Shown piece by piece: positions 25,021 to 39,600 of a DNA stretch of 64,000 nucleotides. Under the pieces are notes generated by a model. It made no database searches. It saw nothing but the letters and a program-made list of their open reading frames with translations, and had not been told where the DNA came from. Positions within the stretch are counted from its first letter, which is position 1; each line of letters opens with the position of its first letter. The translations under genes and the position numbers were made by a program. This DNA comes from Eledone cirrhosa (lineage: Eukaryota), in contig OZ024740.1 of assembly GCA_964016885.1 (NCBI GenBank), forward strand, positions 35,526,001-35,590,000, read 5' to 3'.

Positions 25021-27387
25021 ATGTATGGTGTTGTCGTTAAACAGGCGACAGTTAGATGTAAGGTGTTGTGGTTCAACAGGCGACAGTTAGATGTAAGGTG
25101 TTGTGGTTTAACAGGCGACAGTGAGATGTATTGTGTTGTGATTTCACAGGTGACAGTTAGATGTAAGGTGTTGTGGTTTAACAGGCGACAGTTAGATATA
25201 AGGTGTTGTGGTTTAACAGGCGACAGTGAGATGTAAGGTGTTGTGGTTTAACAGGCGACAGTGAGATGTAAGGTGTAGTGGTTTAACAGGTAACAGTTAG
25301 ATGTATGGTGTTGTCGTTAAACAGGCGACAGTTAGATGGAAGGTGTTGTGGTTTCACAGGTGACAGTTAGATGTAAGGTGTTGTGGTTTAACAGGCGACA
25401 GTTAGATGTAAGGTGTTGTGGTTTAACAGGCGACAGTTAGATGTAAGGTGTTGGGGTTTAACAGGCGACAGTTAGATGTAAGGTGTTGTCGTTTAACAGG
25501 CGACAGTTACATGGAAGGTGTTGTGGTTTAACAGGTGACAGTTAGATGTAAGGTGTTGTGGTTTAACAGGTGACAGTTAGATGTAAGGTGTAGGGGTTTA
25601 ACAGGCAACAGTTGGATGTAAGGTGTTGTGGTTTAACAGGCGACAGTGAGATGTAAGGTGTTTTGGTTTAACAGACGACAGTGAGATGTAAGGTATGGTG
25701 GTTTAAAAGGTGACAGTTCGATGTAAGGTGTTGTGGTTTAACAGGTGACAGTTAGATGCAAGGTGTAGGAGTTTAACAAGCAACAGTTAGATGTAAGGTG
25801 TTGTGGTTTAACAGGTGACAGTTAGATGGAAGATTTTGTGGTTTAACAGGCGACAGTTAGATGTAAGGTGTAGTGGTTTAACAGACGACAGTTAGATGTA
25901 AGGTGTAGTGGTTTAACAGACGACAGTTAGATGTAAGGTGTAGTGGTTCAACAGGCGACAGTTAGATGTAAGGTGTCCTGGTTTAACAGACGACAGTTAG
26001 ATCTAAGTTTTAGTGGTTTAACAGACGACAGTTAGATGTAAGCTGTAGTGGTTCAACAGACGACAGTTAAATGTAAGGTGTTGTGGTTTAACAGGTGAAA
26101 GTTAGATGTAAGGTGTAGTGGTTTAAGAGACGGCAGTTAGATGTAAGGTGTAGTGGTTTAATAGGCGACAGTTAGATGTAAGGTGTAGTGGTTTAACAGA
26201 CGAGAGTTAAATGTAAGGTATTGTGGTTTAACAGGCGACAGTTAGATGTAAGGTGTTGTGGTTTAACAGACGTCAGTTAGATGTAAGGTGTTGTGGTTCA
26301 ACGGACGAGAGTTAAATGTAAGGTGTTGTGGTTTAACAGACGACAGTTAGATGTAATGAGTCGTTTAACAGTCATTAGTTAGATGTAAGGTGTAGTGGTT
26401 TAACAGGTGACAGTTAGATGTAAGGTGTTGTCGTTTAACAGGGGACAGTTAGATGGAAGTTGTTGTGGTTCAACATGCGACAGTTAGATGTATGGTGTTG
26501 TGGTTTAACAGGCGACAGTGACATGTAAGATGTTGTGGTTTAACAGGCGACAGTGTGATGTAAGGTGTTGTGGTTTAACAGGCGACAATGAGATGTAAGG
26601 TGTTGTGGTTCAACAGGCGACAGTTAGATGTATGGTGTTGTGGTTTAACAGGCGACAGTGACATGTAAGATGTTGTGGTTTAACAGGCGACAGTGAGATG
26701 TAAGGTGTAGTGGTTTAACAGGTGACAGTTAGATGTAAGGTTTTGTGGTTTAACAGGTGACAGTTAGATGTAAGGTGTTGTGGTTTAACAGATGACAGTG
26801 AGATGTAAGGTGTTGTGGTTTAACAGGTGACAGTTAGATGTAAGATGTTGTGGTTTAACAGACGACAGGGAGATGTAAGGTGTTGTGGTTTAACAGGCGA
26901 CAGTGAGATGTAAGGTGTTGGGGTTTAACAGGCGACAGTGAGATGTAAGGTGTTTTGGTTTAACAGACGACAGTGAGATGTAAGGTATGGTGGTTTAAAA
27001 GGTGACAGTTCGATGTAAGGTGTAGGAGTTTAACAAGCAACAGTTAGATGTAAGGTGTTGTGGTTTAACAGGTGACAGTTAGATGGAAGATTTTGTGGTT
27101 TATCAGGCGACAGTTAGATGTAAGGTGTAGTGGTTTAACAGACGACAGTTAGATGTAAGGTGTAGTGGTTTAACAGACGACAGTTAGATGTAAGGTGTAG
27201 TGGTTCAACAGGCGACAGTTAGATGTAAGGTGTCCTGGTTTAAAAGACGACAGTTAGATCTAAGTTTTAGTGGTTTAACAGACGACAGTTAGATGTAAGC
27301 TGTAGTGGTTCAACAGACGACAGTTAAATGTAAGGTGTTGTGGTTTAACAGGTGAAAGTTAGATGTAAGGTGTAGTGGTTTAAGAGA

Positions 27388-30300
27388 CGGCAATTAGATG
27401 TAAGGTGTAGTGGTTTAATAGGCGACAGTTAGATGTAAGGTGTAGTGGTTTAACAGACGAGAGTTAAATGTAAGGTATTGTGGTTTAACAGGCGACAGTT
27501 AGATGTAAGGTGTTGTGGTTTAACAGACGTCAGTTAGATGTAAGGTGTTGTGGTTCAACGGACGAGAGTTAAATGTAAGGTGTTGTGGTTTAACAGACGA
27601 CAGTTAGATGTAATGAGTCGTTTAACAGTCATTAGTTAGATGTAAGGTGTAGTGGTTTAACAGGTGACAGTTAGATGTAAGGTGTTGTCGTTTAACAGGG
27701 GACAGTTAGATGGAAGTTGTTGTGGTTCAACATGCGACAGTTAGATGTATGGTGTTGTGGTTTAACAGGCGACAGTGACATGTAAGATGTTGTGGTTTAA
27801 CAGGCGACAGTGTGATGTAAGGTGTTGTGGTTTAACAGGCAACAGTGAGATGTAAGGTGTTGTGGTTCAACAGGCGACAGTTAGATGTATGGTGTTGTGG
27901 TTTAACAGGCGACAGTGACATGTAAGATGTTGTGGTTTAACAGGCGACAGTGAGATGTAAGGTGTAGTGGTTTAACAGGTGACAGTTAGATGTAAGGTTT
28001 TGTGGTTTAACAGGTGACAGTTAGATGTAAGGTGTTGTGGTTTAACAGATGACAGTGAGATGTAAGGTGTTGTGGTTTAACAGGTGACAGTTAGATATAA
28101 GATGTTGTGGTTTAACAGACGACAGGGAGATGTAAGGTGTTGTGGTTTAACAGGCGACAGTGAGATGTAAGGTGTTGGGGTTTAACAGGCGACAGTGAGA
28201 TGTAAAGTGTTGTGGTTTAACAGTCGACAGTGAGATGTAAGGTGTAGTGATTTAACAGGTGACAGTTAGATGTATGATGTTGTCGTTAAACAGGCGACAG
28301 TTAGATGTAAGGTGTTGTGGTTCAACAGGCGACAGTTAGATGTAAGGTGTTGTGGTTTCACAGGTGATAGTTAGATGTAAGGTGTTGTGGTTTAAGAGGC
28401 GACAGTTAGATGTAAGGTGTTGTGGTTCAACAGGCGACAGTTAGATGTATGGTGTTGTGGTTTAACAGGTGACAGTTAGATGTAAGGTGTTGTGGTTTAA
28501 CAGGCGACAGTGAGATGTAAGGTGTAGTGGGTTAACGGGTGACAGTTAGATGTAAGGTGTTGTCGTTTAACAGGCAACAGTTAGATGGAAGGTGTTGTGG
28601 TTTAACAGGCGACAGTTAGATGTAAGGTATAGTGGTTTAACAGGCGACAGTGAGATGTAAGGTGTTGTGGTTCAACAGGCGACAGTTAGATGTATGGTGT
28701 TGTGGTTCAACAGGTGACAGTTAGATGTATGGTGTTGTGGTTTCACAGGTGACAGTTAGATGTAAGGTGTTGTGGTTTAACAGGCGACAGTGAGTTGTAA
28801 GGTGTTGTGGTTTAACAGGCGACAGTGAGATGTAAGGTGTAGTGGTTTAACAGGTGACAGTTAGATGTATGGTGTTGTCGTTAAACAGGCGACAGTTAGA
28901 TTGAAGGTGTTGTGGTTTCACAGGTGACAGTTAGATGTAAGGTGTTGAGGTTTAACAGGTGACAGTTAGATGTAAGGGGTTGTGGTTTAACAGGTGACAG
29001 TTCGACGTAAGGTGTTGTGGTTTAACAAACGTCAGTTAGATGTAAGGTGTTGTGGTTCAACAGGCGACATTTAGATGTAAGGTGTTGTGGTTTAACAGGT
29101 GACAGTTAGATGTAAGGTGTTGTGGTTTAACAGGTCACAGTTAGATGTAAGGTGTAGGGGTTTAACAGGCAACAGTTGGATGTAAGGTGTTGTGGTTTAA
29201 CAGGTGACAGTTAGATGTAAGATTTTGTGGTTTAACAGGCGACAGTTAGATGTAATGTCTTCTGGTTTAACAGGCAACAGTTAGATGTAAGGTGTTGTGG
29301 TTTAACAGGTGACAGTTAGATGTAAGGTGTAGAGATTTAACAGACGTCAGTTAGATGTAAGGTGTAGTGGTTTAATAGGCGACAGTTAGATGTAAGGTGT
29401 AGTGGTTTAATAGGCGACAGTTAAATGTAAGGTGTTGTGGTTTAACAGGCGACAGTTAGATGTAAGGTGTTGTGGTTTAACAGACGTCAGTTAGATGTAA
29501 GGTGTTGTGGTTCAACGGACGAGAGTTAAATGTAAGGTGTTGTGGTTTAACAGACGACAGTTAGATGTAATGAGTCGTTTAACAGTCGTTAGTTAGATGT
29601 AAGGTGTAGTGGTTTAACAGGTGACAGTTAGATGTAAGGTGTTGTTGTTTAACAAGCGACAGTTAGATGGAAGGTGTTGTGGTTCAACATGCGACAGTTA
29701 GATGTATGGTGTTGTGGTTTAACAGGCGACAGTGAGATGTAAGGTGTAGTGGTTTAACAGGTGACAGTTAGATGTAAGGTATAGTGGTTTAACAGGCGAC
29801 AGTTAGATGTAAGGTGTTGTGGTTTAAGAGGCGACAGTGAGATGTAAGGTGTTGTGGTTCAACAGGCGACAGTTAGATGTAAGGTGTTGAGCTTTAACAG
29901 GTGACAGTTAGATGTAAGGTGTTGTGGTTTAACAGGCGACAGTGAGATGTAAGGTGTAGTTGGTTAACGGGTGACAGTTAGATGTAAGGTGTTGTCGTTT
30001 AACAGGCAAAAGTTAGATGGAAGGTGTTGTGGTTTAACAGGTGACAGTGAGATGTAAGGTATAATGGTTTAACAGGCGACAGTGAGATGTAAGGTGTTGT
30101 GGTTCGACAGGCGACAGTTAGATGTAAGGTTTTGTGGTTTAACAGGTGACAGTGAGATGTAAGGTGTTGTGGTTTAACAGACGCAGTGAGATGTAAGGTG
30201 TTGTGGATTAACAGGTGACAGTTAGATGTAAGATGTTGTGGTTTAACAGACGACAGTGAGATGTAAGGTGTTGTGGTTTAACAGGCGACAGTAAGATGTA

Positions 30301-33300
30301 AGGTGTTGTGGTTTAACAGGCGACAGTGAGTTGTTAGGTGTTGTGGTTTAACAGGCGACAGTGAGATGTAAGGTGTAGTGGTTTAACAGGTGACAGTTAG
30401 ATGTATGGTGTTGTCGTTAAACAGGCGACAGTTTGATGGAAGGTGTTGTGGTTTCACAGGTGACAGTTAGATGAAAGGTGTTGTGGTTTAACAGGCGACA
30501 GTTAGATGTAAGGTGTTGTGGTTCAACAGGTGACAGTTAGATGTAAGGTGTTGAGGTTTAACAGGTGACAGTTAGATGTAAGGTGTTGTGGTTTAACAGG
30601 CGACAGTGAGATGTAAGGTGTTGTGGTTTAACAGACGACAGTGAGATGTAAGGTGTTGTGGTTTAACAGGTGACAGTTCGACGTAAGGTGTTGTGGTTTA
30701 ACAAACGTCAGTTAGATGTAAGGTGTTGTGGTTCAACAGGCGACATTTAGATGTAACGTGTTGTGGTTTAACAGGTGACAGTTAGATGTAAGGTGTTGTG
30801 GTTTAACAGGTGACAGTTATATGTAAGGTGTAGGGGTTTAACAGGCAACATTTGGATGTAAGGTGTTGTGGTTTAACAGGTGACAGTTAGATGTAAGATT
30901 TTGTGGTTTAACAGGCGACAGATAGATGTAATGTCTTCTGGTTTAACAGGCAACAGTTTGATGTAAGGTGTTGTGGTTTAACAGGTGACAGTTAGATGTA
31001 AGATGTTGTGGTTTAACAGGTGACAGTTGTATGAAAGTTGTTGTGGTTCAACAGACGAGAGTTAAATGTAAGGTGTTGTGGTTTAACAGACGACAGTTAG
31101 ATGTAATGTGTTGTTTAACAGACGTTAGTTAGATGTAAGGTGTAGTGGTTTAAGAGGTGACAGTTAGATGTAAGGAGTTGTCGTTTAACAGGCGACAGTG
31201 AGATGTAAGTTGTTGTGGTTTAACAGGCGACAGTGAGATGTAAGGTGTTGTGGTTTAACAGGCGACAGTGAGATGTAAGGTGTAGTGGTTTAACAGGTGA
31301 GAGTTAGATGTATGGTGTTGTCGTTAAACAGGCGACAGTTAGATGTAAGGTGTTGTGGTTCAACAGGCGACAGTTAGATGTAAGGTGTTGTGGTTTAACA
31401 GGCGACATTGAGATGTATTGTGTTGTGATTTCACAGGTGACAGTTAGATGTAAGGTGTTGTGGTTTAACAGGCGACAGTTAGATATAAGGTGTTGTGGTT
31501 TAACAGGCGACAGTGAGATGTAAGGTGTTGTGGTTTAACAGGTGATAGTTAGATGTAAGGTGTTGTGGTTTAAGAGGCGACAGTTAGATGTAAGGTGTTG
31601 TGGTTCAACAGGCGACAGTTAGATGTAATGTGTTGTCGTTTAACAGGCGACAGTGAGATGTAAGTCGTTGTGGTTTAACAGGCGACAGTGAGATGTAAGG
31701 TGTTGTGGTTTAACAGGCGACAGTGAGATGTAAGGTGTAGTGGTTTAACAGGTGACAGTTAGATGTATGGTGTTGTCGTTAAACAGGCGACAGTTAGATG
31801 TAAGGTGTTGTGGTTTAACAGACGTCAGTTAGATGTAAGGTGTTGTGGTTCAACAGACGAGAGTTATATATAAGGTGTTGTGGTTTAGCAGACGACAGTT
31901 AGATGTAAGGTGTAGTGGTTTAACAGGTGACAGTTAGATGTAGGGTGTTGTCGTTTAACAGGCGACAGTTAGATTGAAGGTGTTGTGGTTTAACCGGTGA
32001 CAGTTAGATGTAAGGTATAGTGGTTTAAGAGGCGGCAATTAGATGTAAGGTGTAGTGGTTTAATAGGCGACAGTTAGATGTAAGGTGTAGTGGTTTAACA
32101 GACGAGAGTTAAATGTAAGGTATTGTGGTTTAACAGGCGACAGTTAGATGTAAGGTGTTGTGGTTTAACAGACGTCAGTTAGATGTAAGGTGTTGTGGTT
32201 CAACGGACGAGAGTTAAATGTAAGGTGTTGTGGTTTAACAGACGACAGTTAGATGTAATGAGTCGTTTAACAGTCATTAGTTAGATGTAAGGTGTAGTGG
32301 TTTAACAGGTGACAGTTAGATGTAAGGTGTTGTCGTTTAACAGGGGACAGTTAGATGGAAGTTGTTGTGGTTCAACATGCGACAGTTAGATGTATGGTGT
32401 TGTGGTTTAACAGGCGACAGTGACATGTAAGATGTTGTGGTTTAACAGGCGACAGTGTGATGTAAGGTGTTGTGGTTTAACAGGCGACAGTGAGATGTAA
32501 GGTGTTGTGGTTCAACAGGCGACAGTTAGATGTATGGTGTTGTGGTTTAACAGGCGACAGTGACATGTAAGATGTTGTGGTTTAACAGGCGACAGTGAGA
32601 TGTAAGGTGTAGTGGTTTAACAGGTGACAGTTAGATGTAAGGTTTTGTGGTTTAACAGGTGACAGTTAGATGTAAGGTGTTGTGGTTTAACAGATGACAG
32701 TGAGATGTAAGGTGTTGTGGTTTAACAGGTGACAGTTAGATATAAGATGTTGTGGTTTAACAGACGACAGGGAGATGTAAGGTGTTGTGGTTTAACAGGC
32801 GACAGTGAGATGTAAGGTGTTGGGGTTTAACAGGCGACAGTGAGATGTAAGGTGTTGTGGTTTAACAGTCGACAGTGAGATGTAAGGTGTAGTGATTTAA
32901 CAGGTGACAGTTAGATGTATGATGTTGTCGTTAAACAGGCGACAGTTAGATGTAAGGTGTTGTGGTTCAACAGGCGACAGTTAGATGTAAGGTGTTGTGG
33001 TTTCACAGGTGATAGTTAGATGTAAGGTGTTGTGGTTTAAGAGGCGACAGTTAGATGTAAGGTGTTGTGGTTCAACAGGCGACAGTTAGATGTATGGTGT
33101 TGTGGTTTAACAGGTGACAGTTAGATGTAAGGTGTTGTGGTTTAACAGGCGACAGTGAGATGTAAGGTGTAGTGGGTTAACGGGTGACAGTTAGATGTAA
33201 GGTGTTGTCGTTTAACAGGCAACAGTTAGATGGAAGGTGTTGTGGTTTAACAGGCGACAGTTAGATGTAAGGTATAGTGGTTTAACAGGCGACAGTGAGA

Positions 33301-36300
33301 TGTAAGGTGTTGTGGTTCAACAGGCGACAGTTAGATGTATGGTGTTGTGGTTCAACAGGTGACAGTTAGATGTATGGTGTTGTGGTTTCACAGGTGACAG
33401 TTAGATGTAAGGTGTTGTGGTTTAACAGGCGACAGTGAGTTGTAAGGTGTTGTGGTTTAACAGGCGACAGTGAGATGTAAGGTGTAGTGGTTTAACAGGT
33501 GACAGTTAGATGTATGGTGTTGTCGTTAAACAGGCGACAGTTAGATTGAAGGTGTTGTGGTTTCACAGGTGACAGTTAGATGTAAGGTGTTGAGGTTTAA
33601 CAGGTGACAGTTAGATGTAAGGGGTTGTGGTTTAACAGGTGACAGTTCGACGTAAGGTGTTGTGGTTTAACAAACGTCAGTTAGATGTAAGGTGTTGTGG
33701 TTCAACAGGCGACATTTAGATGTAAGGTGTTGTGGTTTAACAGGTGACAGTTAGATGTAAGGTGTTGTGGTTTAACAGGTCACAGTTAGATGTAAGGTGT
33801 AGGGGTTTAACAGGCAACAGTTGGATGTAAGGTGTTGTGGTTTAACAGGTGACAGTTAGATGTAAGATTTTGTGGTTTAACAGGCGACAGTTAGATGTAA
33901 TGTCTTCTGGTTTAACAGGCAACAGTTAGATGTAAGGTGTTGTGGTTTAACAGGTGACAGTTAGATGTAAGGTGTAGAGATTTAACAGACGTCAGTTAGA
34001 TGTAAGGTGTAGTGGTTTAATAGGCGACAGTTAGATGTAAGGTGTAGTGGTTTAATAGGCGACAGTTAAATGTAAGGTGTTGTGGTTTAACAGGCGACAG
34101 TTAGATGTAAGGTGTTGTGGTTTAACAGACGTCAGTTAGATGTAAGGTGTTGTGGTTCAACGGACGAGAGTTAAATGTAAGGTGTTGTGGTTTAACAGAC
34201 GACAGTTAGATGTAATGAGTCGTTTAACAGTCGTTAGTTAGATGTAAGGTGTAGTGGTTTAACAGGTGACAGTTAGATGTAAGGTGTTGTTGTTTAACAA
34301 GCGACAGTTAGATGGAAGGTGTTGTGGTTCAACATGCGACAGTTAGATGTATGGTGTTGTGGTTTAACAGGCGACAGTGAGATGTAAGGTGTAGTGGTTT
34401 AACAGGTGACAGTTAGATGTAAGGTATAGTGGTTTAACAGGCGACAGTTAGATGTAAGGTGTTGTGGTTTAAGAGGCGACAGTGAGATGTAAGGTGTTGT
34501 GGTTCAACAGGCGACAGTTAGATGTAAGGTGTTGAGCTTTAACAGGTGACAGTTAGATGTAAGGTGTTGTGGTTTAACAGGCGACAGTGAGATGTAAGGT
34601 GTAGTTGGTTAACGGGTGACAGTTAGATGTAAGGTGTTGTCGTTTAACAGGCAAAAGTTAGATGGAAGGTGTTGTGGTTTAACAGGTGACAGTGAGATGT
34701 AAGGTATAATGGTTTAACAGGCGACAGTGAGATGTAAGGTGTTGTGGTTCGACAGGCGACAGTTAGATGTAAGGTTTTGTGGTTTAACAGGTGACAGTGA
34801 GATGTAAGGTGTTGTGGTTTAACAGACGCAGTGAGATGTAAGGTGTTGTGGATTAACAGGTGACAGTTAGATGTAAGATGTTGTGGTTTAACAGACGACA
34901 GTGAGATGTAAGGTGTTGTGGTTTAACAGGCGACAGTAAGATGTAAGGTGTTGTGGTTTAACAGGCGACAGTGAGTTGTTAGGTGTTGTGGTTTAACAGG
35001 CGACAGTGAGATGTAAGGTGTAGTGGTTTAACAGGTGACAGTTAGATGTATGGTGTTGTCGTTAAACAGGCGACAGTTTGATGGAAGGTGTTGTGGTTTC
35101 ACAGGTGACAGTTAGATGTAAGGTGTTGTGGTTCAACAGGTGACAGTTAGATGTAAGGTGTTGAGGTTTAACAGGTGACAGTTAGATGTAAGGTGTTGTG
35201 GTTTAACAGGCGACAGTGAGATGTAAGGTGTTGTGGTTTAACAGACGACAGTGAGATGTAAGGTGTTGTGGTTTAACAGGTGACAGTTCGACGTAAGGTG
35301 TTGTGGTTTAACAAACGTCAGTTAGATGTAAGGTGTTGTGGTTCAACAGGCGACATTTAGATGTAACGTGTTGTGGTTTAACAGGTGACAGTTAGATGTA
35401 AGGTGTTGTGGTTTAACAGGTGACAGTTATATGTAAGGTGTAGGGGTTTAACAGGCAACATTTGGATGTAAGGTGTTGTGGTTTAACAGGTGACAGTTAG
35501 ATGTAAGATTTTGTGGTTTAACAGGCGACAGCTAGATGTAATGTCTTCTGGTTTAACAGGCAACAGTTTGATGTAAGGTGTTGTGGTTTAACAGGTGACA
35601 GTTAGATGTAAGATGTTGTGGTTTAACAGGTGACAGTTGTATGAAAGTTGTTGTGGTTCAACAGACGAGAGTTAAATGTAAGGTGTTGTGGTTTAACAGA
35701 CGACAGTTAGATGTAATGTGTTGTTTAACAGACGTTAGTTAGATGTAAGGTGTAGTGGTTTAAGAGGTGACAGTTAGATGTAAGGTGTTGTCGTTTAACA
35801 GGCGACAGTGAGATGTAAGTTGTTGTGGTTTAACAGGCGACAGTGAGATGTAAGGTGTTGTGGTTTAACAGGCGACAGTGAGATGTAAGGTGTAGTGGTT
35901 TAACAGGTGAGAGTTAGATGTATGGTGTTGTCGTTAAACAGGCGACAGTTAGATGTAAGGTGTTGTGGTTCAACAGGCGACAGTTAGATGTAAGGTGTTG
36001 TGGTTTAACAGGCGACATTGAGATGTATTGTGTTGTGATTTCACAGGTGACAGTTAGATGTAAGGTGTTGTGGTTTAACAGGCGACAGTTAGATATAAGG
36101 TGTTGTGGTTTAACAGGCGACAGTGAGATGTAAGGTGTTGTGGTTTAACAGGTGATAGTTAGATGTAAGGTGTTGTGGTTTAAGAGGCGACAGTTAGATG
36201 TAAGGTGTTGTGGTTCAACAGGCGACAGTTAGATGTAATGTGTTGTCGTTTAACAGGCGACAGTGAGATGTAAGTCGTTGTGGTTTAACAGGCGACAGTG

Positions 36301-36642
36301 AGATGTAAGGTGTTGTGGTTTAACAGGCGACAGTGAGATGTAAGGTGTAGTGGTTTAACAGGTGACAGTTAGATGTATGGTGTTGTCGTTAAACAGGCGA
36401 CAGTTAGATGTAAGGTGTTGTGGTTTAACAGACGTCAGTTAGATGTAAGGTGTTGTGGTTCAACAGACGAGAGTTATATGTAAGGTGTTGTGGTTTAGCA
36501 GACGACAGTTAGATGTAAGGTGTAGTGGTTTAACAGGTGACAGTTAGATGTAGGGTGTTGTCGTTTAACAGGCGACAGTTAGATTGAAGGTGTTGTGGTT
36601 TAACCGGTGACAGTTAGATGTAAGGTATAGTGGTTTAAGAGG
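27388..36642 (+). repeat. Tandem duplication of about 4.6 kb: 27388-32032 (133 monomers) and 32033-36642 (132 monomers)
   Basis: Shared rare variants TTGTTGTTTAACAAG (29642/34288), CAACAGTTTG (30951/35561), GACATTGAG (31404/36014), GTAATGTGTTGTCG (31625/36235). ORFs 31308/35918 share an S->I change. The second copy lacks one monomer near 35115. Confidence 0.9.
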
Positions 36643-39600
36643 CGACAGTTAGATGTAAGGTGTTGTGGTTTAACAGGCGACAGTGAGTTGTTAGGTGTTG
36701 TGGTTTAACAGGCGACAGTGAGATGTAAGGTGTAGTGGTTTAACAGGTGACAGTTAGATGTATGGTGTTGTCGTTAAACAGGCGACAGTTTGATGGAAGG
36801 TGTTGTGGTTTCACAGGTGACAGTTAGATGAAAGGTGTTGTGGTTTAACAGGCGACAGTTAGATGTAAGGTGTTGTGGTTCAACAGGTGACAGTTAGATG
36901 TAAGGTGTTGAGGTTTAACAGGTGACAGTTAGATGTAAGGTGTTGTGGTTTAACAGGCGACAGTGAGATGTAAGGTGTTGTGGTTTAACAGACGACAGTG
37001 AGATGTAAGGTGTTGTGGTTTAACAGGTGACAGTTCGACGTAAGGTGTTGTGGTTTAACAAACGTCAGTTAGATGTAAGGTGTTGTGGTTCAACAGGCGA
37101 CATTTAGATGTAACGTGTTGTGGTTTAACAGGTGACAGTTAGATGTAACGTGTTGTGGTTTAACAGGTGACAGTTATATGTAAGGTGTAGGGGTTTAACA
37201 GGCAACATTTGGATGTAAGGTGTTGTGGTTTAACAGGTGACAGTTAGATGTAAGATTTTGTGGTTTAACAGGCGACAGCTAGATGTAATGTCTTCTGGTT
37301 TAACAGGCAACAGTTAGATGTAAGGTGTTGTGGTTTAACAGGTGACAGTTAGATGTAAGGTGTAGAGGTTTAACAGACGACAGTTAGATGTGAGGTGTTG
37401 TGGTTTAACAGGTGACAGTTAGATGTAAGGTGTGGTGGTTTAACAGGCGACAGTTAGATGTAAGGTGTTGTGGTTTAACAGGTGACAGTTAGATGTAAGG
37501 TGTTGTGGTTTAACAGGTGACAGTTGTATGAAAGTTGTTGTGGTTCAACAGACGAGAGTTAAATGTAAGGTGTTGTGGTTTAACAGACGACAGTTAGATG
37601 TAATGTGTTGTTTAACAGACGTTAGTTAGATGTAAGGTGTAGTGGTTTAAGAGGTGACAGTTAGATGTAAGGTGTTGTCGTTTAACAGGCGACAGTGAGA
37701 TGTAAGTTGTTGTGGTTTAACAGGCGACAGTGAGATGTAAGGTGTTGTGGTTTAACAGGCGACAGTGAGATGTAAGGTGTAGTGGTTTAACAGGTGACAG
37801 TTAGATGTATGGTGTTGTCGTTAAAAAGTCGACAGTTAGATGTAAGGTGTTGTGGTTCAACAGGCGACAGTTAGATGTAAGGTGTTGTGGTTTAACAGGC
37901 GACAGTGAGATGTATTGTGTTGTGATTTCACAGGTGACAGTTAGATGTAAGGTGTTGTGGTTTAACAGGCGACAGTTAGATATAAGGTGTTGTGGTTTAA
38001 CAGGCGACAGTGAGATGTAAGGTGTTGTGGTTTAACAGGCGACAGTGAGATGTAAGGTGTAGTGGTTTAACAGGTAACAGTTAGATGTATGGTGTTGTCG
38101 TTAAACAGGCGACAGTTAGATGGAAGGTGTTGTGGTTTCACAGGTGACAGTTAGATGTAAGGTGTTGTGGTTTAACAGGCGACAGTTAGATGTAAGGTGT
38201 TGTGGTTTAACAGGCGACAGTTAGATGTAAGGTGTTGGGGTTTAACAGGCGACAGTTAGATGTAAGGTGTTGTCGTTTAACAGGTGACAGTTAGATGTAA
38301 GGTGTAGGGGTTTAACAGGCAACAGTTGGATGTAAGGTGTTGTGGTTTAACAGGCGACAGTGAGATGTAAGGTGTTTTGGTTTAACAGACGACAGTGAGA
38401 TGTAAGGTATGGTGGTTTAAAAGGTGACAGTTCGATGTAAGGTGTTGTGGTTTAACAGGTGACAGTTAGATGCAAGGTGTAGGAGTTTAACAAGCAACAG
38501 TTAGATGTAAGGTGTTGTGGTTTAACAGGTGACAGTTAGATGGAAGATTTTGTGGTTTAACAGGCGACAGTTAGATGTAAGGTGTAGTGGTTTAACAGAC
38601 GACAGTTAGATGTAAGGTGTAGTGGTTTAACAGACGACAGTTAGATGTAAGGTGTAGTGGTTCAACAGGCGACAGTTAGATGTAAGGTGTCCTGGTTTAA
38701 CAGACGACAGTTAGATCTAAGTTTTAGTGGTTTAACAGACGACAGTTAGATGTAAGCTGTAGTGGTTCAACAGACGACAGTTAAATGTAAGGTGTTGTGG
38801 TTTAACAGGTGAAAGTTAGATGTAAGGTGTAGTGGTTTAAGAGACGGCAGTTAGATGTAAGGTGTAGTGGTTTAATAGGCGACAGTTAGATGTAAGGTGT
38901 AGTGGTTTAACAGACGAGAGTTAAATGTAAGGTATTGTGGTTTAACAGGCGACAGTTAGATGTAAGGTGTTGTGGTTTAACAGACGTCAGTTAGATGTAA
39001 GGTGTTGTGGTTCAACGGACGAGAGTTAAATGTAAGGTGTTGTGGTTTAACAGACGACAGTTAGATGTAATGAGTCGTTTAACAGTCATTAGTTAGATGT
39101 AAGGTGTAGTGGTTTAACAGGTGACAGTTAGATGTAAGGTGTTGTCGTTTAACAGGGGACAGTTAGATGGAAGTTGTTGTGGTTCAACATGCGACAGTTA
39201 GATGTATGGTGTTGTGGTTTAACAGGCGACAGTGACATGTAAGATGTTGTGGTTTAACAGGCGACAGTGTGATGTAAGGTGTTGTGGTTTAACAGGCGAC
39301 AGTGAGATGTAAGGTGTTGTGGTTCAACAGGCGACAGTTAGATGTATGGTGTTGTGGTTTAACAGGCGACAGTGACATGTAAGATGTTGTGGTTTAACAG
39401 GCGACAGTGAGATGTAAGGTGTAGTGGTTTAACAGGTGACAGTTAGATGTAAGGTTTTGTGGTTTAACAGGTGACAGTTAGATGTAAGGTGTTGTGGTTT
39501 AACAGATGACAGTGAGATGTAAGGTGTTGTGGTTTAACAGGTGACAGTTAGATGTAAGATGTTGTGGTTTAACAGACGACAGGGAGATGTAAGGTGTTGT

